64,000 nucleotides of DNA from Eledone cirrhosa (lineage: Eukaryota). The notes beneath the pieces are model-generated. The model saw only the letters and a list, made by a program, of their open reading frames with translations, ran no database searches and had not been told where the DNA came from. Of this stretch, positions 11,401 to 25,454 are shown one piece after another (position 1 is the stretch's first letter; every line of letters begins with the position of its first letter). Location: NCBI GenBank assembly GCA_964016885.1, contig OZ024749.1, positions 29,202,001-29,266,000 of the forward strand, given 5' to 3'. The position numbers were made by a program, and so were the translations under genes.

Positions 11401-14400
11401 CCACCACCACCACCACCACCACCATCACCACCACCACCACCACCACCATCACCACCACCACCACCACCACCACCACCACCACCACCACCACCACCATCAC
11501 CACCACCATCACCACCACCACCACCACCACCACCACCACTACAACCAATACCACCACCACCACCACCACCATCACCACCACCACTACCACCACCACCACC
11601 ACCACCACCACCACCACCACCACCACCATTTTTCAACCAATACCACCACCACCACCATCACCACCACCACCACCACCACCACCACCACTACAACCAATAC
11701 CACCACCACCACCACCACCACTACCACCACCACCACCACCACCACCACCACCACCACCACCACTACAACCAATACCACCACCACCACCACCACCACCACC
11801 ACCACCACTACCACCACCACCACCACCACCACCACCACCACCACCACCACCATTTTTCAACCAATACCACCACCACCACCACCACCACCACCACCACCAC
11901 CACCACCACCACTACAACCAATACCACCACCACCACCACCACTACCACCACCACCACCACCACCATTTTTCAACCAATACCACTACCACCACCACCACCA
12001 CCACTACAACCAATACCACCACCACCACCACCACCACCACCACCAGCACCACCACCACCACCACCACCAATACCACCACCACCACCACCACCACCACCAC
12101 CAACACCACCACCACCACTACAACCAATACCACCACCACCACCACCACCACCACTACAACCAATACCACCACTACAACCAATACCACCACCACCACCACC
12201 ACCACCACCACCACTACAACCAATACCACTAACAGCACCACCACAACTACCACCACCACCACAACCACCACCACCACCACCACAACTACCACAACTACCA
12301 CCACTACAACAAACATCACTAACACCACCACCACAACTACCACCACCACCACAACCACCACCACCACCCCTACAGCCAATACCATCACCACAACCAGCAC
12401 TACAACCACCACCACCACCACCACCACAACTACCACAACTACCACCACTACAACAAACACCACTAACACCACCACCACAACTACCACCACCACCACAACC
12501 ACCAGCACCACCCCTACAGCCAATACCATCGCCACAACCAGCACTACAACCACCACCACCACCACCACCACAACTACCACCACCACCACCACTACAACAA
12601 ACACAGATAACACCACCACCACAACTACCACAACTACCACCACTACAACAAACACCACTAACAGCACCACCACAACTACCACCACCACCACAACCACCAC
12701 CACCACCACCCCTACAGCCAATACCATCGCCACAACCAGCACTACAACCACCACCACCACCACCACCACCACCACAACTACCACAACTACCACCACTACA
12801 ACAAACACCACTAACACCACCACCACAACTACCACCACCACCACAACCACCACCACCACCCCTACAGCCAATACCATCACCACAACCAGCACTACAACCA
12901 CCACCACCACCACCACCACAACTACCACCACCACCACAACTACCACAACTACCACCACTACAACAAACACCACTAACACCACCACCACAACTACCACCAC
13001 CACCACAACCACCACCACCACCCCTACAGCCAATACCATCGCCACAACCAGCACTACAACCACCACCACCGCAACCACCACAACTACAACTACCACCACC
13101 ACTACAACAAACACCACTAACACCACCACCACAATTACCACCACCACCACAACCACCACCACCACCCCTACAGCCAATACCATCGCCACAACCAGCACTA
13201 CAACCACCACCACCACCACAACCACCACAACTACAACCACCACCACCACTACAACAAACACCACTAACACCACCACCACAACTACCACCACCACCACAAC
13301 CACCACCACCACCACTACAACCAATACCACTACCACCACCACAACCACCACCACTACCACTACAACCAATACCACTACCACCACCACTACAATCAATACC
13401 ACCACCACCATTACAACCAATACCACCACCACCACCACCACCACCACCACCACCACCACTACAACCAATACCACCACCACCACCACCACCACCACCACCA
13501 CCACTACAACCAATTCCACCAACACCACCACCACCACCGCCACCACCACCACCACAACCACCCCACCACCACCACAACCACTACAACCAATACCACCACC
13601 ACCACCACCACCACCACCACTACAACCACCACCACCACCACCACCACCACCACCACTACAACCAATACCACCACCACCACCACCACCACTACAACCAATA
13701 CCACCACCACCACCACCACCACCACCACCAATACCACCACCACCACCACCACCACCTCCACTACAACCAATACCACCACCACCACCACCACCACCACCAC
13801 TACAACCACCACCACCACCACCACCACCACCACTACAACCAATACCACCACCACCACCACCACCACTACAACCAATACCACCACCACCACCACCACCACT
13901 ACAACCAATACCACCACGACCACCACCACTACAACCACCACCACAAACACCCCACCACCACCACCACCACCACCACTACAACCAATACCACCACCACCAC
14001 CACCACCACTACAACCACCACCACCACCACCACCACCACCACCACTACAACCAATACCACCACCACCACCACCACCACCACTACAACCAATACCACCACC
14101 ACCACCACCACCACCACCACCACCACCACAACCAATACCACCACCACCACCACCACCACTACAACCAATACCACCACCACCACCACAACCACCACCACCA
14201 CCACCACCACTACAACCAATACCACCACCACCACCACCACCACCACCACCACCACTACAACCAATTCCACCAACACCACCACCACCACCGCCACCACCAC
14301 CACCACAACCACCCCACCACCACCACAACCACTACAACCAATACCACCACCACCACCACCACCACCACCACTACAACCACCACCACCACCACCACCACCA

Positions 14401-16822
14401 CCACCACCACTACAACCAATACCACCACCACCACCACCACCACTACAACCAATACCACCACCACCACCACCACCACCACCACCAATACCACCACCACCAC
14501 CACCACCACCTCCACTACAACCAATACCACCACCACCACCACCACCACCACCACTACAACCACCACCACCACCACCACCACCACCACTACAACCAATACC
14601 ACCACCACCACCACCACCACTACAACCAATACCACCACCACCACCACCACCACTACAACCAATACCACCACGACCACCACCACTACAACCACCACCACAA
14701 CCACCCCACCACCACCACCACCACCACCACTACAACCAATACCACCACCACCACCACCACCACTACAACCACCACCACCACCACCACCACCACCACCACT
14801 ACAACCAATACCACCACCACCACCACCACCACCACTACAACCAATACCACCACCACCACCACCACCACCACCACCACCACCACAAGCAATACCACCACCA
14901 CCACCACCACCACTACAACCAATACCACCACCACCACCACAACCACCACCACCACCACCACCACTACCACCACCACCACTACAACCAATACCACCACCAC
15001 CACCACCACTACAACCAATACCACCACCACCACCACCACCACCACTACAACCAATACCACCACCACCACCACCACCACCACTACAACCAATACCACCACC
15101 ACCACCACCACCCCCACCACCACTACCACCACCACCACCACCACCACCACCACCACCACCACTACAACCAATACCACCACCACCACCACCACCACCACCA
15201 CCACCACCACTACAACCAATACCACCACCACCACCACCACCACCACCACTACAACCAATACCACCACCACCACCACCACTACAACCAATACCACCACCAC
15301 CACCACCACCACCACCACCACCATCACCACCACCACCACCACCACCACCACCACTACAACCAATACCACCACCACCACCACCACCATCACCACCACCACC
15401 ACCACCACCACTACAACCAATACCACCACCACCACCACCACCACCACCACCACCACCACCACCACCACCATCACCACCACCACCACCACCACCACCACCA
15501 CCACCACCACCACCACCATCACCACCACCATCACCACCACCACCACCACCACCACCACCACTACAACCAATACCACCACCACCACCACCACCATCACCAC
15601 CACCACCACCACCACCACTACAACCAATACCACCACCACCACCACCACCACCACCACCACCACCACCACCACCACCATCACCACCACCACCACCACCACC
15701 ACCACCACCACCACCACTACCACCACCACTACAACCAATACCACCACCACCACCACCACCACCACCACAACCACCACCACCACCACCACCACCACCACCA
15801 CCACCACCACCACTACAACCAATACCACCACCACCACCACCACCACCACCACCACCACTACCACCACCACCACCACCACCACCACCACCACCATTTTTCA
15901 ACCAATACCACCACCACCACCACCACCACCACCACCACCACCACCACCACCACTACAACCAATACCACCACCACCACCACCACTACCACCACCACCACCA
16001 CCACCATTTTTCAACCAATACCACCACCACCACCACCACCACTACAACCAATACCACCACCACCACCACCACCATTTTTCAACCAATACCACTACCACCA
16101 CCACCACCACTACCACCACCACTACAACCAATACCACCACCACCACCACCACCACCACCACAACCACCACCACCACCACCACCACCACCACCACCACCAC
16201 CACCACTACAACCAATACCACCACCACCACCACCACCACCACCACCACCACTACCACCACCACCACCACCACCACCACCACCACCACCACCACTACAACC
16301 AATACCACCACCACCACCACCACCACCACCACCACCACTACCACCACCACCACCACCACCACCACCACCACCACCACCACCATTTTTCAACCAATACCAC
16401 CACCACCACCACCACCACCACCACCACCACCACCACCACCACCACTACAACCAATACCACCACCACCACCACCACTACCACCACCACCACCACCACCATT
16501 TTTCAACCAATACCACCACCACCACCACCACCACCACTACAACCAATACCACCACCACCACCACCACCACCACCACCACCACCACCACCACCAATACCAC
16601 CACCACCACCACCACCACCACCACCAACACCACCACCACCACTACAACCAATACCACCACCACCACCACCACCACCACTACAACCAATACCACCACTACA
16701 ACCAATACCACCACCACCACCACCACCACCACCACCACTACAACCAATACCACCACCACCACCACCACTACAACCAATACCACCACCACCACCACCACCA
16801 CCACCACCATTTTTCAACCAAT
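8431..16822. repeat. 8.4-kb (ACC)n-based complex satellite (recurrent actacaaccaatacc) containing a ~3.9-kb tandem duplication
   Basis: Rare markers recur at a 3899-3900 nt offset: acacagataa 8702/12601, cacaagcaat 10982/14881, ccacaaacac 10041/13941. Confidence 0.92.
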
Positions 16823-17040
16823 ACAGCTCAGATCGAGATATTTTCTTATTCACTAATTAAGCCGTTCTATTAATCTATTGGCCTTTTACAACAGATCAAT
16901 AATCAATCAGTTCGATTTAAATCGGATTACAGCTGATCAGTCATTGTCAATATATTTTCTTCTTCTTCTTCTTCTTCTTCTTCTTCTTCTTCTTCTTCTT
17001 TATGCTGAATTAAAATACAATTTAGTGAAAGATATTTGTG

Positions 17041-17110
<70 letters not shown>

Positions 17111-17111
17111 T

Positions 17112-17229
17112 AGCATGTGTATGTTTTTGTATGTAGGTATGTATATGTACGTATGTATGTATGTATATATGTATGTACGTAGGCATATATATATGTGTGT
17201 TTGGTATATGTGTATGTATGAATGTGTGT

Positions 17230-17260
<31 letters not shown>

Positions 17261-17279
17261 CTTACACACATTCATATAT

Positions 17280-17351
<72 letters not shown>

Positions 17352-17544
17352 AACAAGAGGAGAAGAATACTGCGTGGTTGCACATGGATTACACACATTC
17401 ATACATACACATATATATATATATACCTACACACATTCATACATACACATATACCAAACACACATATATATGCCTACATACATACATACATACATACATA
17501 CATACGTACATATACATACCCACATACAAAAACATACACATGCT
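17112..17544. repeat. Inverted duplication (~130-bp arms) of degenerate TA/TG sequence
   Basis: 17112-17240 (agcatgtgtatgtttttgtatg...aatgtgtgtaggtatata) is the reverse complement of ~17420-17544. Confidence 0.8.
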
Positions 17545-18065
17545 CCTGCACATACATACATACATTCACACATACATACACACACATGCACACACGCACA
17601 CACACACACATAAACATATGCATAGACACTCACACACGTACACACACATACACACACATGCACACATCCACATACGCAGACACACACATATACACATATG
17701 CATAGACACACACGCGTACCCACACATACATACATGCACACATGCACACTCACATACGTACACACACATACATACACACACGCTTCTCATATTTTTGCTT
17801 CTGGTCACCTTACTCATCTATCTTCTTTCTCCTTCTCATCCCCCCCTCTTTCCTTGTTCTCCTCCTCTCCCTCCCCCCTTCCTCCTCTTCTCCTCCTCCC
17901 TATATCAATCACCACTCCCTCCACCATCATATCACTGTGCTAGGTGACAACAGAGTGAATTAATTATTTAAACACTATTATTACAATATGTTTCAATTCA
18001 GCGAATATTTTGTGGTGTCCGCCATATTTGTTAAATACAAGATTGCCGTTTAGTTTACTTGGCTA

Positions 18066-18096
<31 letters not shown>

Positions 18097-18192
18097 CTTT
18101 TTCTTCTTCTTCTTCTTCTTTTTCTTCTTTTTCTTCTTCTTCTTCTTTTTCTTTTTCTTCTTCTTCTTCTTCTTCTTCTTACTATTATTATT

Positions 18193-18385
18193 GGGCGGTG
18201 GATTGGCAGTGATCGGTAGAGGGTCGGACGCCATGCTTTGCAACATAGAGTTACGGCCCTTTGTGATCTGAGTTCAAATCCCGCCGAGGTTAACTTTGCC
18301 TTTCATCCTTACGGGGGCCGATAAAATAAAGTACCAGTAATACACTGGGATAATTTCTGGTCTTGTGCCAAAAGTAGAAACAATT
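18193..18385 (+). mobile_element. tRNA-derived SINE (short variant)
   Basis: ggcggtggattggcagt..cggtagag head, B-box gagttcaaatccc, core, tail cttgtgccaaaagtagaaacaatta. Confidence 0.9.
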
Positions 18386-18387
18386 AT

Positions 18388-18606
18388 TGGGCGGTAGATT
18401 AGCAGTATCGGTAGAGCGTCGGACGCCATACTTTGCAACATATAGTTACGTCTCTTTACGTTCTGCGTTCAAATCCCGCTGAGGTTAGCTTTGCTTTTCA
18501 TCCTTACGGGGTCGATAAACTACCAGTAATACACTGGGGTTGATTTAATCGACTTTTCCCTCCCCTTCAAATGTCTGGCCTTGTGCCTAAAGTAGAAATA
18601 ATTATT
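18388..18606 (+). mobile_element. tRNA-derived SINE (long variant), head-to-tail with the preceding copy
   Basis: Same head and core, plus the extra ggggttgatttaatcgacttttccctcccc segment. Confidence 0.9.
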
Positions 18607-18791
18607 AATATTGCTCTAGTTATCACTTTAGTTGGTGTGAGTTTCTTGTTTTATTTTTCATTTCTTTACAGCACACACACGCACATATTGTAGTTTTATC
18701 ATGTTGTCGTTTATAAGGTGAAAAAGGCAGTCCTATCCCGGAGCCCTTCGGAGCAGAAACCCTCCAATTTTATTTAGATTCTTAACTAATA

Positions 18792-18974
18792 ATTGTTTCT
18801 ACTTTTGGTACAAGGCCAGCAATTATCCCAGTGCATTACTGGTACACTATCGACTCCGTAAGGATGAAAGGCAAAGTTAACCTCGGCAGGATTTTAACTC
18901 AGAACGTAAAGGGCCATAACACTCTGCTGCAAAGCATGGTGTCTGACGCTCTACTGACACTACTAATCCACCGC
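18792..18974 (-). mobile_element. tRNA-derived SINE (short variant) with 11-bp TSD
   Basis: Reverse-complement copy. cttaactaata at 18781-18791 and 18974-18984. Confidence 0.9.
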
Positions 18975-19589
18975 TTAACTAATACTATATAGTCAGTGGA
19001 TCACATGTTTGGCGTTTTATACAGGATTAGTGGAGGGTAAAAGCGACGATGTTCTCAAGGATACTTTGGGTGTCAACAAACATCAACTGGCTAGTCAATT
19101 CCGGAGAAATATCAGTTCAGAGTCCATGGATAATATCCATAAATCCTTGGCCTGTCGGTGCTTTGCCGGTTCAGGATAAACTCTACAGGCATGAAAAAGT
19201 TGTCGCCCAAGTCGGGGTCCGAGATGCACACACAAAGCAATGAAACCATCCTGCATCCTTTTAGTCCAGTGACCAGCATTGCTGACATGTGGAGTTCTAT
19301 CGAACATCTGTTATCAAGTGTAGGACGGATCCAGCGATCAACTTAGTCTATTGTGAAGCCCCGTCACCTTCTTTTGACCGGGAAGGGCAGGCATTTTTCT
19401 TATATCTGTCTGGTGACCATGATGAAAGAGGTTGTGTAGTAGACGATATTGAAAGCGCTAAAAGACAGACACTTTCTGTCTTTGGCTAAACACTCATAGA
19501 CTTTTTCAAGTTTCTCTTGTAAAGGTCTATAAGAGAGTGGAGTAGGAAGTGTTTCCTTTAAGCAATTTTAATAATTGGATGAGAGTAGC

Positions 19590-22300
19590 CAACATAATCC
19601 GAGTACTCTGAGCATGCAGGATGGGAGTAGCGAGCATAGTCCGATTAAAGGGGTCTATTCTGAGCATGTAGTATGTGAGTGACGAGCATAGTCTGAGTGA
19701 ACGGGCTTACTCTGAGCATTTAGTATGAGAGCGACGAGCATAGTCCGAGTAAGCGGGCCTACTCTGAACGTTTAGTATGTGAGTGACGAGCATGGTCCGA
19801 GTAAGCGGGCCTACTCTGAGCATTTAGTATGAGAGCGACGAGCATAGTCCGAGTAAGCGGGCCTACTCTGAGCATTTAGTATGAGAGTGACGTGCATAGA
19901 CCGAGTAAGCGGGCCTACTCTGAGCATTTAGTATGAGAGCGACGAGCATAGTCTGAGTGAACGGGCTTACTCTGAGCATTTAGTATGTGAGTGACGAGCA
20001 TAGTCTGAGTGAACGGGCTTACTCTGAGCATTTAGTATGTGAGTGACGAGCATAGTCCGAGTAAGCGGGCCTACTCTGAGCATTTAGTATGAGAGCGACG
20101 AGCATAGTCTGAGTGAACGGGCTTACTCTGAGCATTTAGTATGTGAGTGACGAGCATAGTCTGAGTGAACGGGCTTACTCTGAGCATTTAGTATGTGAGT
20201 GACGAGCATAGTCCGAGTAAGCGGGCCTACTCTGAGCATTTAGTATGAGAGCGACGAGCATAGTCTGAGTGAACGGGCTTACTCTGAGCATTTAGTATGT
20301 GAGTGACGAGCATAGTCTGAGTGAACGGGCTTACTCTGAGCATTTAGTATGTGAGTGACGAGCATAGTCTGAGTGAACGGGCTTACTCTGAGCATTTAGT
20401 ATGTGAGTGACGAGCATAGTCTGAGTGAACGGGCTTACTCTGAGCATTTAGTATGTGAGTGACGAGCATAGTCTGAGTGAACGGGCTTACTCTGAGCATT
20501 TAGTATGTGAGTGACGAGCATAGTCCGAGTAAGCGGGCCTACTCTGAGCATTTAGTATGAGAGCGACGAGCATAGTCTGAGTGAACGGGCTTACTCTGAG
20601 CATTTAGTATGTGAGTGACGAGCATAGTCTGAGTGAACGGGCTTACTCTGAGCATTTAGTATGTGAGTGACGAGCATAGTCCGAGTAAGCGGGCCTACTC
20701 TGAGCATTTAGTATGAGAGCGACGAGCATAGTCTGAGTGAACGGGCTTACTCTGAGCATTTAGTATGTGAGTGACGAGCATAGTCTGAGTGAACGGGCTT
20801 ACTCTGAGCATTTAGTATGTGAGTGACGAGCATAGTCTGAGTGAACGGGCTTACTCTGAGCATTTAGTATGTGAGTGACGAGCATAGTCTGAGTGAACGG
20901 GCTTACTCTGAGCATTTAGTATGTGAGTGACGAGCATAGTCCTAGTAAGCGGGCCTACTCTGAGCATTTAGTATGAGAGCGACGAGCATAGTCTGAGTGA
21001 ACGGGCTTACTCTGAGCATTTAGTATGTGAGTGACGAGCATAGTCTGAGTGAACGGGCTTACTCTGAGCATTTAGTATGTGAGTGACGAGCATAGTCCGA
21101 CTAAGCGGGCCTACTCTGAGCATTTAGTATGAGAGCGACGAGCATAGTCTGAGTGAACGGGCTTACTCTGAGCATTTAGTATGTGAGTGACGAGCATAGT
21201 CTGAGTGAACGGGCTTACTCTGAGCATTTAGTATGTGAGTGACGAGCATAGTCTGAGTGAACGGGCTTACTCTGAGCATTTAGTATGTGAGTGACGAGCA
21301 TAGTCCGAGTAAGCGGGCCTACTCTGAGCATTTAGTATGAGAGCGACGAGCATAGTCTGAGTGAACGGGCTTACTCTGAGCATTTAGTATGTGAGTGACG
21401 AGCATAGTCTGAGTGAACGGGCTTACTCTGAGCATTTAGTATGTGAGTGACGAGCATAGTCCGAGTAAGCGGGCCTACTCTGAGCATTTAGTATGAGAGC
21501 GACGAGCATAGTCTGAGTGAACGGGCTTACTCTGAGCATTTAGTATGTGAGTGACGAGCATAGTCTGAGTGAACGGGCTTACTCTGAGCATTTAGTATGT
21601 GAGTGACGAGCATAGTCTGAGTGAACGGGCTTACTCTGAGCATTTAGTATGTGAGTGACGAGCATAGTCCGAGTAAGCGGGCCTACTCTGAGCATTTAGT
21701 ATGAGAGCGACGAGCATAGTCTGAGTGAACGGGCTTACTCTGAGCATTTAGTATGTGAGTGACGAGCATAGTCTGAGTGAACGGGCTTACTCTGAGCATT
21801 TAGTATGTGAGTGACGAGCATAGTCCGAGTAAGCGGGCCTACTCTGAGCATTTAGTATGAGAGCGACGAGCATAGTCTGAGTGAACGGGCTTACTCTGAG
21901 CATTTAGTATGTGAGTGACGAGCATAGTCCGAGTAAGCGGGCCTACTCTGAGCATTTAGTATGAGAGCGACGAGCATAGTCTGAGTGAACGGGCTTACTC
22001 TGAGCATTTAGTATGTGAGTGACGAGCATAGTCCGAGTAAGCGGGCCTACTCTGAGCATTTAGTATGTGAGTGACGAGCATAGTCCGAGTAAGCGGGCCT
22101 ACTCAGAACATGTAGTATGAGAGTGACGAGCATAGTCTGAGTGAACGGGCTTACTCTGAGCATTTAGTATGTGAGTGACGAGCATAGACCGAGTAAGCGG
22201 GCCTACTCTGAGCATTTAGTATGAGAGTGACGAGCATGGTTCGAGTAAAGGGTCCTACACTAAACGTGTGAGATGAAAGTGACAAGCATGGTTCTGAGCA
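19590..22300. repeat. 52-bp tandem satellite, ~50 copies, two variants (A/B)
   Basis: Unit A gagtgacgagcatagtctgagtgaacgggcttactctgagcatttagtatgt. Unit B carries ..gtccgagtaagcgggcctac..atgagagcgacg. Confidence 0.97.
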
Positions 22301-22515
22301 TGTACCTACAGATTGGATGGTGGTAACTAAAAGACAGGCATTTGGTTTTAGTGTTCAGGGTGACCGTGATATTTTTATTTGTTTTATCCACTATTAACCC
22401 TCAGAGACCCCAACCACATTTGAGGATATTTTCTTTATATTAATTTTATTGTTACTTATTTTGTTTGTACTCTCATTTTTACACGTTCCCATAAACCCAC
22501 ACTCTAGCGTATTGT

Positions 22516-22633
22516 CATTCACTCTGATCGATCGACAAGATCCCAGACCCCATTCGCTTGCCGAGCTGGGTGGATCTCGTCAAATCAGACCAAGGAAACA
22601 ATGTTTCCGTTGGTCTTTCCATTGCTGATACTA
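22516..22633. mobile_element. Short insertion of a SINE-related segment with a probable 13-bp TSD
   Basis: tctagcgtattgt (22503-22515) and tctagcgtgttgt (22634-22646). The internal tcgtcaaatc..acc..aacaatgtttccgttggtctttcca is shared with 56014-56075 and partly with 41220-41265. Confidence 0.6.
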
Positions 22634-22865
22634 TCTAGCGTGTTGTACCGTCCTTAATGACATTTTTGTACCCCTTTGTGGTTAATGAACCAAATATTAT
22701 TATTGCTCTTGTTGCTGTTATTGTTGCCGTCGTCTGTTGTTGTTGTTGTTCTTCTTCTTCTTCTTCTTCTTCTTCTTCTTCTTCTTCTTCTTCTTCTTCT
22801 TCTTCTTCTTCTTCTTCTATATGTTATTATTGTTATTTATTATCATTATATTATTCCCGCCACGA

Positions 22866-22932
22866 TTAACTTTGCCTTTCATCCTTTCGGGGTCGATAAA
22901 ATAAAGTACCAGTTGCGCACTGGGGTCGATTT
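22866..22932 (+). mobile_element. SINE core fragment
   Basis: ttaactttgcctttcatcctttcggggtcgataaaataaagtaccag...ctggggtcga. Confidence 0.85.
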
Positions 22933-22987
22933 CTTCTTCTTCTTCTTCTTCTTCTTCTTCTTCTTCTTCTTCTTCTTCTTCTTCTTC

Positions 22988-23214
22988 AGGGTGGTGGATT
23001 GACAGAATCGGTAGAGTGTCAGACAAAATGCTTTGCGGTATTTAGTTACGGCTGTTTACGTTCTCAGTTCAAATCCCGCCGTTGTAAGTTTTGATTTTCA
23101 TTTTTCCGAGGTCGATGAAATATATAATACCAGTCAAATACTGGGGTCGGATTAAATCGACTTTCCTCTTCCACCAAATTGCTGGCCTTGTGCCAAATAT
23201 ACAAACCATTATTA
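22988..23214 (+). mobile_element. tRNA-derived SINE (long variant, diverged)
   Basis: Head, B-box gttcaaatccc, core and ggccttgtgcc..aaaccattatta tail. Confidence 0.85.
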
Positions 23215-23229
23215 TAAAAGACCCTATCT

Positions 23230-24385
23230 TCTGTCTTCTTCTTCTTCTTCTTCTTCTTCTTCTTCCTCCTCCTCCTCGTTCTTCTTTTCTTCTACTTTCA
23301 CCTCCCCCACCTCCTTATCCCTTCTCCCCCTTCTACCACCACTACTACCAATACTACCATCCCCACCACCACTGCTTCTTTCCTTCTCTTTCCCCCTCCC
23401 CTTCTCCTTCCCATCCCACCCTCATCCTCACCACCACCACCTCCCCTTCTCTTACATAGTCTCTACTCTATATCAACAGTGACACTTAGTATAAACACGT
23501 TCACATCCTTCAACTAGACACTCTCTTAAAATGGACGTTTCCTTTTCACGTGCTTTCTTTATTTAACCCCTCATTTTTTTCCTTCTCACCATCTTTGCTC
23601 TTCTTCTCCAACTCTCCTTCTCTTTCTTTCCTTCTCTTTCTTTTCTTCTCTTTCTTTCCTTCTCTCCTTCTCTTGTTCTTCTCTTTGCTCTCCTTCTCTT
23701 TCTTTCCTTCTCTTTCTTTTCTTCTCTTTCTCTCCTTCTCTTTCTCTCCTTCTCTTTCTTTCCTTCTTTTTCTTTCCTTCTCTTGTTCTTCTCTTTGCTC
23801 TCCTTCTTCTACTCTCCTTCTCTTTCTCTCTTTCTCTTTATTGCCTTCTCTTTCTCGCCTTCTCTTGCTCTCCTTTTCCTCTCAATCTTTCTTTCTTCTC
23901 AGTCTTTCTTTCCTTTCAATATTTGCTTTTTTTTCTCTTCTTCGTTGCTCTCTCGATCTCTGTGTCTTCTAATTTCTTCACTCTTCCTTTTCTTTCTTTC
24001 TTTCTTTCTTTCTTTCTTGCTCTCCTTCTTTACTCTTTCGATCTCTCTTACCCTTTCCTTGCCCCCACACCATCCTCCTCCTTCCCCCACATCTACCCCC
24101 TTCTCTCACCTTCTCTCTTTCTCTCACTTCCCACACTTTCCCCCACCTTCCCTTTTCTTCCTCGTCTTCCCATTTCCTTCTCCTCCTTCCAACTCCCTAC
24201 CCGACCCCCACCTCCTCGACATCCTCCATCTCTTACCCCCTCATCCCTCTCTCTTCCCATTTCCTTTCCCCCACCTTCCACCTCCTTCCCCATCCTTCCC
24301 CACCCTTCCCCCTCATCCCCTCTTCTCCTTCCTCCTTGCCCTCTCTCTCCCCAGTCTTTGCTCTCTCGATCTTTCCTCTATTCTA
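23230..24385. repeat. Polypyrimidine low-complexity tract
   Basis: Almost entirely C/T on the + strand. Confidence 0.9.
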
Positions 24386-24921
24386 CCAGATTGCTCAGCC
24401 TCAGATTTTCTCAGGCGTTCACATCATCTCTTGGCTAGTTGTCTAGTTTTCTGTGAATGCCATCTTTTCCCTCTTTATATCATAGAGTGGCCTTATGAAG
24501 AAATCGAAGTATAGCTAAACGAATGGGTGGAAAATTGAGAAAATCTTCTTAACAAAGCTTGCTATTCCCCGTGAATTATATTCATTGTATCTACTCAATT
24601 ATAAAATGGCTCCTAGTAGAACTACTGCCATTTTCTCTGATTCATTGTTGGCGCCACGCCACAAGAAATAATACAAAAAAACAAAGACAGACACAAACAC
24701 AATAAAAAACAGACGGTAAAAAACCACAGTCACTCCATTTCCCACCACAACTAGACCGCAAAACCTTCCCTTTATTTAATGGATTACACGCTTTACCACA
24801 TTTTCACACATCATCATATTATTCTTCTATTGTTGTTTTGTTTTGTAAGCTATTGTCTTGTCTTGTCTTCTCTTCTCTATCTATTTCTTCTACCACACTG
24901 TCTTCTGTCTTCATTATTCAA

Positions 24922-24975
<54 letters not shown>

Positions 24976-25022
24976 ACTCTCTCTCTCTCTCCTTATATAT
25001 ATATATATATATATACATACAT

Positions 25023-25061
<39 letters not shown>

Positions 25062-25122
25062 AGATATATATGAGAGAGATAAGTAAATATATATATATAT
25101 ATGCATCACTCTCTCTCTCTCT

Positions 25123-25199
<77 letters not shown>

Positions 25200-25454
25200 T
25201 TATATTTATATTTACTTATCTATTTATCTATTTATATAACTCGTCACAACTCAATGACGACCAGTTGGAAAAATAAACATACCCTTAGGGGGAAGCTAAA
25301 ATAACCGAGAATTTCCCTAACACGACAATAAATATAAAAAACAACAATGATTTCTTTTTCCAATAATTACTTAGAATGTTCTGTCTAGAAGCAGAGAAAA
25401 CCCTTATTCTGACGTTTCTGATAATATCCTCTCATCACAATACTTGATGCTGCT

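Larger units (their letters stand above)
19020..22703 (+). mobile_element. Decayed 3' fragment of an L1/Tx1-like LINE (ORF2 C-terminus and 3' UTR) related to the 59750-64000 element, interrupted by a satellite
   Basis: 19240-19590 aligns with the reverse complement of 60040-60390 (gaaacc.tcctgca, tcgaacatctg.t.tc..gtgtaggacggatcc, ccgggaagggcaggca, gactttttcaa). 22650-22703 (gtccttaatg...ttgtggttaat..attattatt) matches that LINE's 3' end. Confidence 0.85.

Noticed and set aside
8371-16853. Gly-rich (GGGIGCSGGG) and poly-Val minus-strand ORFs
   Set aside because: Alternative frames of the (GGT)n array. They switch frame arbitrarily and show no splice or start evidence.
19590-22300. CRISPR array or coding repeat
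   Set aside because: Head-to-tail units without spacers, frequent stops, and LINE-derived.
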